Virus record (IMG/VR): IMGVR_UViG_3300012931_000759
Location: 248,001-312,000 of that record
Length of the DNA: 64,000 nt
Reading direction: 5' to 3' (one strand)
A program made the translations under genes and the position numbers. Below the pieces are notes generated by a model. It was not told the DNA's origin. It made no database searches and worked only from the letters and a program-made list of their open reading frames with translations. Positions 56,529 through 64,000 of this stretch are shown one piece after another (position 1 is the first letter of the stretch; each line of letters opens with the position of its first letter).

Positions 56529-57205
56529 TTTCACAACGCAAGACTGAGGCCGAGAAGGCCCGCATAGTGGCGAACTGCGGCAGGTGTGGAGGGGTCGGCT
56601 GCGCGTACTGTCAGAAGTACTGTTCCTTCATAGACCGTATGTCCGAGGCGGGGATCCCGGTTGATTACTGGTTCCGCGACATGGAAAAATGGTACGGCGA
56701 CCCCGATTTCGCAGAAGAATTCAAGGTTTCCTACCTATCCAGGATAGAGGCGGCCTACGCAGATGGTCGGGTTCTCTGCCTCCTTGGGCATAGGGGCGTC
56801 GGCAAGACTATGGCGGCGTGCTCGGCACTAAAGAAGGCTATCCTCTCCGGGTATTCGGCGCATTACACGTCGCTTGTCGACGCCGTTGATTTCCTCGTCT
56901 CCGGAGACGCCCACGACTACCGGCAGCTCCTGAAGTCTGTAGATTTCCTGGTGATGGACGAGGTTGACCAGCGGTTCTTTGACCACGTCAACAGCCGCGC
57001 GCTGTATGGGAACCAGTTCGAGTATATTCTTAGGACCAGGACGCAGAACCGGCTTCCGATGATTATGTGCTCGAACTCTGAACGGGTTGAGGACATCTTT
57101 TTCAACGACCAGGCGCAGGCGTCTTTTGTGTCCCTTGGGACACAGTTCTTCGCAACAATGCGCGTGGGTGGCCGGGATGCCAGACCCAAGGAGGGTGGGC
57201 AATGA
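56525..57205 (+). CDS. DnaC/IstB-like AAA+ ATPase (helicase loader)
   Basis: N-terminal CGRCGGVGC; Walker A GHRGVGKT; Walker B FLVMDEV; adjacent to DnaB. Confidence 0.85.
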   Translation: MISQRKTEAEKARIVANCGRCGGVGCAYCQKYCSFIDRMSEAGIPVDYWFRDMEKWYGDPDFAEEFKVSYLSRIEAAYADGRVLCLLGHRGVGKTMAACSALKKAILSGYSAHYTSLVDAVDFLVSGDAHDYRQLLKSVDFLVMDEVDQRFFDHVNSRALYGNQFEYILRTRTQNRLPMIMCSNSERVEDIFFNDQAQASFVSLGTQFFATMRVGGRDARPKEGGQ

Positions 57206-58608
57206 GCGAGATTTCGCTGGACCTGAGGATGCTGGCGTACGCTCTTTCTGACAAAAGGATCCTCCTTGCCATGGCGACCACTGTGCGTGGAGAGCACTTC
57301 AATCCGGAATTTCGGGTACTGTGGGAGTTGGTCTCCAGGTGCTTTGCGAAGTACAAGGACATCCCCACGGCCAACGTACTTGAACATGTTGCCGACCTGG
57401 CGTGGGAGCAGCTAGTCGAGACATACCGCCGGGTTCTTGAGGCTATTCCATTGATCGACAGGCGGGAATATCCGGTCGACCTGGAGAAACTCAAGGCAAG
57501 GGCAAACGACAATATTCTCCGTAGGATGGGACAGCACGTCTACCAGAAGAACTGGAATGGACACGGGTTCGATAACCTACATGAGGCGAACAAGGCGTTA
57601 CGTGAAACGGTCTCTAAGCTGGATCAGCTGTACAAGACGGAATCCTACAAGGAAGGCTCTTTGGCAGGGACTGCCTCCGAGGCCTGGGGTAAGTACCAGC
57701 GCACGAAACGTGATCCGGCCTCTGCCGCCGGGATTCATCTTGGATTTGCCGAGTTCGATCGCATCACTAACGGGATCAGGGAAGGCGAGCTTCTGCTCAT
57801 TGGCGGCGAGTCCGGCACGGGCAAGTCGGCGCTCTCGATGAACATGGCTGTCAACGCGTGGCTTGGGGCCAACAAGGTGCCGACCGATCCGGACGCGGAT
57901 CCTAAAAACTTCGCTCCCGGCCGTGCGGTGGTGTACTTCTCGATCGAGATGCCCTACGAAGCCCTTGAGAGGCGGCTCCACGCGTGCGTTGCAGGGGTGC
58001 CACTTTACGGCATACGTGACGGCACGCTAGATGTAGCAGAGGAGGCCCGCTACCTGGCCGCCCTTCGGTTTATACAAAAGTACCCGCACCAGTTCCACAT
58101 CATCGACATACCGCGCGGCGCGACCATGCGGTACATCGAGACCAAGTACCTGGAGCTATGCCAAGACAATACCGATGATCCCATCCATCTGTCTGTGGTC
58201 GATTACCTGAACCTGATGTCCATGGACGGCGAGGATGAGGGCGGCCCTGATTGGCTAAAAATCGGGAAACTGGGCGAGCAAGCGCATGAGTTCACCCGCG
58301 TCCATGGTACGCCCATGATCTCTCCGGTTCAACTAAACCGCCCGCCCAAGGAGGAGGCAGCAAGGGCCGCGAGGCCGGATCAGGATCGGATAGCGCGCAG
58401 CCTGATGCTGGTCCAGAACGCTAATATGGTTCTAAACATCGAGAAGCGCAAGGATGAGCATTTGACAAAAGACATGAGAGTTCACATAGTGAAGATGCGC
58501 GACGGCGAACAGGGCCTTTTCACCCTACAGAAGAGGCTGGATGCCATGCGGCTGTTCGATGACCCCACGGACTGGACACCCGGATCGTATGAGGCTGGAA
58601 ACAATTAG
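57202..58608 (+). CDS. dnaB: Replicative DNA helicase
   Basis: GGESGTGKS, FSIEMP, VVDYLNLM, SPVQLNR, VKMRDGE. Confidence 0.92.
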   Translation: MSEISLDLRMLAYALSDKRILLAMATTVRGEHFNPEFRVLWELVSRCFAKYKDIPTANVLEHVADLAWEQLVETYRRVLEAIPLIDRREYPVDLEKLKARANDNILRRMGQHVYQKNWNGHGFDNLHEANKALRETVSKLDQLYKTESYKEGSLAGTASEAWGKYQRTKRDPASAAGIHLGFAEFDRITNGIREGELLLIGGESGTGKSALSMNMAVNAWLGANKVPTDPDADPKNFAPGRAVVYFSIEMPYEALERRLHACVAGVPLYGIRDGTLDVAEEARYLAALRFIQKYPHQFHIIDIPRGATMRYIETKYLELCQDNTDDPIHLSVVDYLNLMSMDGEDEGGPDWLKIGKLGEQAHEFTRVHGTPMISPVQLNRPPKEEAARAARPDQDRIARSLMLVQNANMVLNIEKRKDEHLTKDMRVHIVKMRDGEQGLFTLQKRLDAMRLFDDPTDWTPGSYEAGNN

Positions 58609-58623
58609 GCGGGGAAAAAGGCC

Positions 58624-58911
58624 ATGCCGATATATGACTACATTTGCGAGGAATGCGGCCACGTCTTCGAGGAGTTTGCGCGTATCACGGATCCTCCGAT
58701 TAATAAATGTCCGGCCTGCGGCCTAACGGGACGCGTATGTCGCCTAATCTCGAGCGGCACAGTTGGCACAGTAGAGATGAACGGTCGGGAGTACTTCAAT
58801 CGTGTCTTAGAACCGGAGGCCAAGCGGATCGCCGAGAAGATTAAGCACGGGGATGATGCCGCAATCGCTGATGTTTTTGGCGAGGGCCCTCCTGCAAAAA
58901 AAGTCGGTTGA
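58624..58911 (+). CDS. FmdB-family zinc-ribbon protein
   Basis: MPIYDYICEECGHVFE..CPACG..RLIS. Confidence 0.9.
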   Translation: MPIYDYICEECGHVFEEFARITDPPINKCPACGLTGRVCRLISSGTVGTVEMNGREYFNRVLEPEAKRIAEKIKHGDDAAIADVFGEGPPAKKVG

Positions 58912-58936
58912 ATTCCGGCTGCCCTGTGCGTATAAT
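58908..58936 (+). promoter_or_regulatory. sigma70/sigmaA-type promoter for the prkA operon
   Basis: TTGAAT (58908-58913), 17-nt spacer, TATAAT (58931-58936), about 70 nt upstream of ATG 59007. Confidence 0.65.
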
Positions 58937-59006
58937 CTCTTTAAACAGGGGAAGGATTGCGTCCCGCTCCGGCCAAAGGCCGGGAAAAACCGCGAAAGGA
59001 TGGAGC

Positions 59007-62000
59007 ATGGAAGTGATCAACACCGGCAAAAAGGGCAAGAAGACCAAGGATCAGGAAGAGACGGCGGAGAACGGGGCGCTCGACCTTGTTGCCCTCATTG
59101 AGCAATGTGCGGCCGAAGAGGATCTTGAGCCATGGGAGGGCACGCTTCGCGATTATCTCCCGATGGTACAGGATGATTGTACACTGGCGGACACGGCCCA
59201 CGCAAGGCTGTGGCGCATGATTGAGACAGTCGGCATCAAGTTCGACGACAAGGATGAGCGGAAAGAGCATCCCGAGTACAGCTTTTTCACCAACGAGTTG
59301 TTCGGCATCAATGACACGCTGGCCAGCGTCATGGAATATCTCAGGGCTGCCGCAGCTGGATCCGACGTCGCCCGGCGAATCCTGCTCCTATACGGGCCCA
59401 CGAGTTCCGGTAAATCGCAGTTCGCAATCCTCCTTAAGGAGGGTCTGGAGAAGTTCTCGCGCACCAAGGCCGGGCGCATGTTTGCCCTCAAAGATTGCCC
59501 GATGCACGAGAACCCCTTGAACGCGGTGCCCAAGGCTGCGAGGGAGCAATTGAAGGCTAAGTATGGCCTCAATATTGAAGGTGACTTGTGTCCGCGCTGT
59601 GCCTACAGGCTCAAGACCGAGTTCAACGGCGACTTCATGGCTCTGCCGGTCGAGCGCGTGCTCCTGTCCGAGGCCAACCGAGTGGGTATCGGCACGTTCC
59701 AGCCGGCCGATCCCAAGTCGCAGAACCAGTCCGAGCTGACGGGCTCCGTCAACTTCGCCAAGCTGGCCGAGCTGGGCTCGGAGTCGCACCCGCTGGCTTT
59801 CGACTTCAACGGCGAGCTGAACAAGGCCAACCGCGGCATGATGGAGTTCATCGAGCTCCTGAAGGTGGACCGCAAGTTCAGGCACATCCTCCTGACGCTG
59901 GCGCAGGAGAAGCGCATCAAGGCACAGAATTTTCCGCTCATTTTCGCGGACCTAGTAGTAATCAGCCATAGCGTGTCTGGCGATATGCCTGTTCCCTATA
60001 GAGAGAATGGGTTGGTTCGATTTACCACAATGAGGCAACTGTGTGATGCCAACAACACCAACATCGAGGTTCTTGCTGCCGATGCCAATGGCAAGCCCGC
60101 ATGGACGAAAGTGAAAGGATTCTATCGTCACCAGTTCTCTGGCAAAATGGTGAAGACCGTACAGGTTGATGGTGTTGTCAACACTACTTGGCATCATTCT
60201 TTGATTGGCAAGGCGGACAATGCGCCTTTTCTGCCCGAAACGCTTCAAGATGTCCTGGCATTCAGGAATGTTCCTGAACAAACCGAACTTGGGACATTCG
60301 ATGTTCCGGTTCCCGATTCGTTGTCCTATTTACCCGTTAATACCCCAGGTATCTTGTCCACGGATTGCTGTGTTCCCGAGCAATCCTTTGCTCGTGTTAA
60401 ACCAACTGGCAACAAGAAAAGTGATGGAGAATACGGCAAATATTGGATCAAAACTCGCTACGATTCTTGTTCCGAGGAAGCGAAAGACATTGTTGCTCTT
60501 CTGTGTTGGTATGCTACAGAGGGTCATGTCTCGAATGAGCATGCGATCATTTCCCAAGCCAACCTGGAAACTCTATTTTCCCTGAAGAAGAGAGCGGAGA
60601 GGGTTTCTTCAGCCATAGGGTCTGTGTTTGATCGATCGGATGAGGAGGATCACACTAGCCGCCTTCACCTTTCGGCAAGGGTGTGGCGGGAAATTCTTGA
60701 GCACAATTGCGGAAGATATAGCGAAAACAAGCGTTTGCCAGATTTTGTGTTCAATTTGCCTCGTGAGTTGCGTGAATTCGCTTTACGAGAACTCATAAAG
60801 GGAGATGGTCAGACTATGCCATCGTTCGCATCCTGCGAGGAATATGCCAAAAAGTACTTTGCCTTCAAAACGACAAGCATTATTCTGGCAGCCCAATTCT
60901 GCTATTTGGCAAGTTCGCTTGGGTACGATTTTGGCGTACATCATGGATATACGAAAAAGGGAAAGGATTTCTTTGGCATCAATTATCGGGAACGAACGAA
61001 GCCCATACTAAGGAAAAACAGGATCGAGACCGTTGAGGTGTCCGACAGCGAAGTATTCGATATCGAATGCGTGGACAATCATTCTTTTGTGGCTGGCGTT
61101 GGCAACCTTGTTTGCCACAATACGAATGAGACCGAGTACCTCAAGTTCCTCGCCCAGAAGGAGGAGGAAGCGCTCCACGACCGCCTGTGGGTCATCAAGT
61201 TCCCCTACAACCTGCGCCTCGAGGACGAGATCAAGATCTACGAGAAGCTCATTTCCAGGGCGGCCGGGTTCCAAGGTATCCACATCGCGCCACACACCCT
61301 GCGCGTGGCGGCGATGTTCGCCATCCTGAGCAGGCTGGAGGAGTCCAAGGACCAGAAGTTCACCCTGCTGACCAAGATGCGCCTGTACAACGGCGAGAAG
61401 GTCGACGGGGCCGGCAAGGAGGACGAGAAGAGGCTGCGCGAGGCTGCCGAGCGCGAGGGCATGGACGGCATCAGCCCCCGCTACATCGTGAACCGCATCT
61501 CGGCCTGCTTCACCAAGCACGGTCGGACCTACATCACCCCGATGGACATCGTCCGCAGCATCAAGGAGGGGTTCTCCACCAACGCCAAGCTGTCGAAAGA
61601 GGACATCTCGCGGTTCGAGAACATTATCACGACGGTGATGGAGGAGTACAACAAGATCGCAACAAACGAGGTTCAGAAGGCTTTCTTCCTGAATTTCGAG
61701 CACGAGATCAAGGATCTGCTCAATAACTACATCGACAACGTTGGTGCCTATCTGGACGATGACAAGATCCAAAACCACTGGGGCGAAATGGAGGAGCCGA
61801 ACCACCGCCTCATGAGGAGTGTCGAGGAGAAAATTGGCATCACCGACGGCGGCAAGGATGCTTTCCGCCAAGAGGTGTACCGCAAGATGATCAAGAGCAA
61901 GAGCGAGACGGGCGACTACGACTACCAGAACCATCCGCGCCTGAAGGAGGCGCTACAGAAGCAGTTGTTCGAGGAGCGCAGCGACATCATCAGGCTGACG

Positions 62001-62144
62001 GTGTCCGTGCGGAATCCTGATGCCGATGCGCTCAAGCGGCTGAACGAGGTCATCAAGACCTTGAGCGAAAAATGCGGTTACACTCCGGAGAGCGCCAATG
62101 ATTTGCTGCGTTATGTCAGCAGCATATTGGCGAAAAACAGCTAG
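59007..62144 (+). CDS. prkA: PrkA/YeaG-family AAA serine kinase, intein-containing
   Basis: ILLLYGPTSSGKS, CPMHENPL, GIGTFQPADPKSQ, FNGELNKANRGMMEFIELLK, MDGISPRY; start at 59007 (SD GGAG). Confidence 0.93.
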   Translation: MEVINTGKKGKKTKDQEETAENGALDLVALIEQCAAEEDLEPWEGTLRDYLPMVQDDCTLADTAHARLWRMIETVGIKFDDKDERKEHPEYSFFTNELFGINDTLASVMEYLRAAAAGSDVARRILLLYGPTSSGKSQFAILLKEGLEKFSRTKAGRMFALKDCPMHENPLNAVPKAAREQLKAKYGLNIEGDLCPRCAYRLKTEFNGDFMALPVERVLLSEANRVGIGTFQPADPKSQNQSELTGSVNFAKLAELGSESHPLAFDFNGELNKANRGMMEFIELLKVDRKFRHILLTLAQEKRIKAQNFPLIFADLVVISHSVSGDMPVPYRENGLVRFTTMRQLCDANNTNIEVLAADANGKPAWTKVKGFYRHQFSGKMVKTVQVDGVVNTTWHHSLIGKADNAPFLPETLQDVLAFRNVPEQTELGTFDVPVPDSLSYLPVNTPGILSTDCCVPEQSFARVKPTGNKKSDGEYGKYWIKTRYDSCSEEAKDIVALLCWYATEGHVSNEHAIISQANLETLFSLKKRAERVSSAIGSVFDRSDEEDHTSRLHLSARVWREILEHNCGRYSENKRLPDFVFNLPRELREFALRELIKGDGQTMPSFASCEEYAKKYFAFKTTSIILAAQFCYLASSLGYDFGVHHGYTKKGKDFFGINYRERTKPILRKNRIETVEVSDSEVFDIECVDNHSFVAGVGNLVCHNTNETEYLKFLAQKEEEALHDRLWVIKFPYNLRLEDEIKIYEKLISRAAGFQGIHIAPHTLRVAAMFAILSRLEESKDQKFTLLTKMRLYNGEKVDGAGKEDEKRLREAAEREGMDGISPRYIVNRISACFTKHGRTYITPMDIVRSIKEGFSTNAKLSKEDISRFENIITTVMEEYNKIATNEVQKAFFLNFEHEIKDLLNNYIDNVGAYLDDDKIQNHWGEMEEPNHRLMRSVEEKIGITDGGKDAFRQEVYRKMIKSKSETGDYDYQNHPRLKEALQKQLFEERSDIIRLTVSVRNPDADALKRLNEVIKTLSEKCGYTPESANDLLRYVSSILAKNS
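59970..61121 (+). mobile_element. Intein (384 aa) with LAGLIDADG homing endonuclease in PrkA
   Basis: Exteins ..VVISH | TNETEY rejoin the conserved HTNE motif. The intein starts SVSGD and ends VFDIEC..NHSF..LVCHN. Endonuclease blocks LLCWYATEG and LRELIKGDG; lower GC than the flanks. Confidence 0.93.
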
Positions 62145-62726
62145 ATGGCCAATGAGATTTGTGCCAGATGCGGCAGACCGAGAAAAGTGGCCGAAAGAAC
62201 GCCAGATGGTCCAATTTGCCACAACTGCTACAAAAAAGAGCACATTGAGCCATGCCGGTTCTGTGGGAAACAGAAAGCAGTTGCTGCCCGAGATGATAAC
62301 GGCGCGGCCATCTGCGACAACTGTAACAAAGAACACAACAAATGTTCGTGTTACGTGTGCCATGAAGTTAGACAAGTTCGTGCGCGTGCGGAAAACGGAC
62401 AGCCACTGTGTCTTGCTTGTCATCGTTTGACTAATCTTGGACAGTTTTTCGCATCGTACAAGAGAGGAGCCAGCCTGCGCGGTCATATATTCGAACTCAC
62501 GTTGGATGAGTTTGAACAATTGGTGCGCAGGCCATGCTGGTACTGTGGACGCTACAACCGGGGAGAAATTTTCAGCGGCGTGGACAGAATCGACAGTTCA
62601 TGCGGCTATGTTCGAACCAATGTGCTACCGTGCTGCGGCGAGTGTAACCTGATGAAAGGTTCCTTGTCCAAGGACGCGTTCCTTGCTAGCATTGTGCGCA
62701 TAGCCAGACATTTGGAAAACAAATGA
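62145..62726 (+). CDS. HNH homing endonuclease with N-terminal CxxC zinc repeats
   Basis: CxxCG..G.(I/L)CxxC repeats; RPCWYCG..GVDRIDSSCGYVRTNVLPCCGECNLMK. Confidence 0.85.
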   Translation: MANEICARCGRPRKVAERTPDGPICHNCYKKEHIEPCRFCGKQKAVAARDDNGAAICDNCNKEHNKCSCYVCHEVRQVRARAENGQPLCLACHRLTNLGQFFASYKRGASLRGHIFELTLDEFEQLVRRPCWYCGRYNRGEIFSGVDRIDSSCGYVRTNVLPCCGECNLMKGSLSKDAFLASIVRIARHLENK

Positions 62727-63892
62727 ACGACTCCTACAAGGACATCTGGGAACTCCGACAGCCCGGTCGACGCGACTCAGAACGCCATAAGGTGCGTATC
62801 AGAAAGGCTATCAAGGAGAACCTACGGGAGCTGATCGCGGAGGAGAATATCATCTCCTCCGACGGCAAACGCAAGGTCAAGGTTCCGGTGCGCTACCTTG
62901 ATATGTGGCGATTTAAATTCGGTCCTAATTCTAAGTCCAAGGATGTTGGTCATGGCGAAGGTGATCCTGGCGACATCATTGCCAAGGAAGGCAAGGGGAA
63001 AGGTAATAAGGCAGGTGACCAGCCGGGTGAGGAGTTGTACGACGAGGAGGTCGAACTAGCCGAAATCGTGGACATGATGCTGGAAGACCTCGGCCTCCCA
63101 TGGTTAAAGCGGAAAGAGAATCAGGTCGAGATCGAGACAGAAGAGATGGTTTTCCACGACATCGCCGAGAAGGGTCTTCCCCCGAACGTCGACCTGAAGC
63201 GGACACTCATCGAGAACCTGAAGCGGAACTCTATCGCCGGGAAGCCCTCGTTCGGCAAGATTGTGCCGGACGATCTGCGGTACAGGGTGTGGGAGAATGT
63301 GGTAGAGAAGCACTCTAACGCATCTGTAATCCTAATCATGGACCGCTCCGGGAGCATGACGGACGATAAAAAGTATATCGTGAAGTCTTTCTTCTTCTGG
63401 ATGGTTAGTTTCCTGCGCATGAAATACGGGAATGTGGAGGTCGTCTTCATCGCGCACGACACCGAGGCCAGGGAGGTGGGGGAGGAGAACTTCTTTGCCA
63501 TCTCTGATGGGGGAGGCACGCGCATCAGTTCCGGGCTGGAGCTGGCCAAGACGATCATCGAGACTAGGTTCCCCACAAACATCTGGAATAACTACGTCTT
63601 CTCGTTCTCGGACGGCGAGAATTGGGATACGGACAACGAGCGCTGTATAGCCATGTTCAGAGAGTTACTTGGGATGTGCCAGGCGGTTGGATATGGGGAG
63701 GTGTCGTATACCGATCAGTTCTACAGCTGGTCCTCGTGGCGCGGCCACTGGTCGACCCTCCACGATGCCATTAAGGAGGCGGACGACCTAGTTGGGGAAC
63801 CGAGATTCCTACAGGCGGCAATCGTGAAGCGCGAGGACCTATACGACTGCCTGCGTCAGTTTCTGGATGTCGACGGGAAGGAGAAGCCATGA
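62723..63892 (+). CDS. yeaH: YeaH/YhbH-family vWA protein
   Basis: DSERH..KAIKENL, KVKVPVRYL..FKFG, IMDRSGSM, DGGGTRISSG, FSDGENW. Confidence 0.92.
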   Translation: MNDSYKDIWELRQPGRRDSERHKVRIRKAIKENLRELIAEENIISSDGKRKVKVPVRYLDMWRFKFGPNSKSKDVGHGEGDPGDIIAKEGKGKGNKAGDQPGEELYDEEVELAEIVDMMLEDLGLPWLKRKENQVEIETEEMVFHDIAEKGLPPNVDLKRTLIENLKRNSIAGKPSFGKIVPDDLRYRVWENVVEKHSNASVILIMDRSGSMTDDKKYIVKSFFFWMVSFLRMKYGNVEVVFIAHDTEAREVGEENFFAISDGGGTRISSGLELAKTIIETRFPTNIWNNYVFSFSDGENWDTDNERCIAMFRELLGMCQAVGYGEVSYTDQFYSWSSWRGHWSTLHDAIKEADDLVGEPRFLQAAIVKREDLYDCLRQFLDVDGKEKP

Positions 63893-64000
63893 GGGACAGT
63901 CGCATCGTTGACTTGGAGCAGCTGGCGCGCAAGAACGGGCTCGATTTTTTCCCGGTGGTATTCGAGGTCGTAAGCGAGAATACGATGAACAACGTGTGCG
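63889..64000 (+). CDS. spoVR: SpoVR/YcgB-family protein (5' end only)
   Basis: MRDSRIVDLEQLARKNGLDFFPVVFEVV matches the SpoVR N-terminus; ATGA overlap with yeaH; canonical prkA-yeaH-spoVR order. Confidence 0.8.
   Translation, partial: MRDSRIVDLEQLARKNGLDFFPVVFEVVSENTMNNVC

Noticed and set aside
24707-58908. Upstream-extended starts given by the ORF track (24707, 28366, 29613, 35821, 40758, 41333, 42013, 43442, 45273, 47110, 52300, 58908)
   Set aside because: The extensions overlap upstream genes or promoters. Downstream ATGs have SD sites, stop-start overlaps or better homology to family N-termini.
1-64000. Stop-codon reassignment (TAG read as Gln), suggested by in-frame TAG|ATG junctions and an open stretch after the RHH TAG
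   Set aside because: Very long genes (up to 2302 aa) contain no internal TAG, conserved enzymes are full length under the standard code, and several TAG stops are followed by genes in other frames.
1-64000. CRISPR arrays, tRNA or rRNA genes
   Set aside because: No regularly spaced repeats or cloverleaf/rRNA signatures were seen; non-coding space is very limited.

Overview
This 64-kb window is almost certainly part of a large (jumbo-type) contractile-tailed phage genome. Essentially all credible genes lie on the + strand and are tightly packed. Four blocks are visible. (1) 1-29337 is a tail/baseplate operon: tape-measure end, tube initiator, 1585-aa hub, spike, gp25-like wedge, baseplate J, a 2302-aa LamG wedge, a dockerin-bearing fibre-like protein, a PKD-like protein, and a glycosyltransferase as the last gene. 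(2) 30204-52343 is a ~22-kb glycan cluster: nine more glycosyltransferase genes, dTDP-3-amino-sugar and GDP-fucose pathways and three methyltransferases, with no flippase, polymerase, ABC exporter or initiating transferase in view. (3) 52396-58911 holds a tubulin/FtsZ-family protein, an SF2 helicase, an Sm-like protein, a DnaC-like loader, DnaB and an FmdB-type zinc ribbon. (4) 59007-64000 is a PrkA(intein)-YeaH-SpoVR operon behind a near-consensus sigma70 promoter. Homing endonucleases (3 HNH, 2 GIY-YIG, 1 intein LAGLIDADG) and two decayed zinc-repeat relics sit at operon junctions. The most striking unexplained signal is the tripeptide D-G-Y. It occurs 17 times, with varied codons, in four outward-facing baseplate/fibre proteins and essentially nowhere else. 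Together with the adjacent exporter-less glycan cluster, this suggests a phage-encoded virion protein modification system, possibly tyrosine O-glycosylation at a DGY sequon. All family assignments come from motif recognition by eye; no database searches were run.
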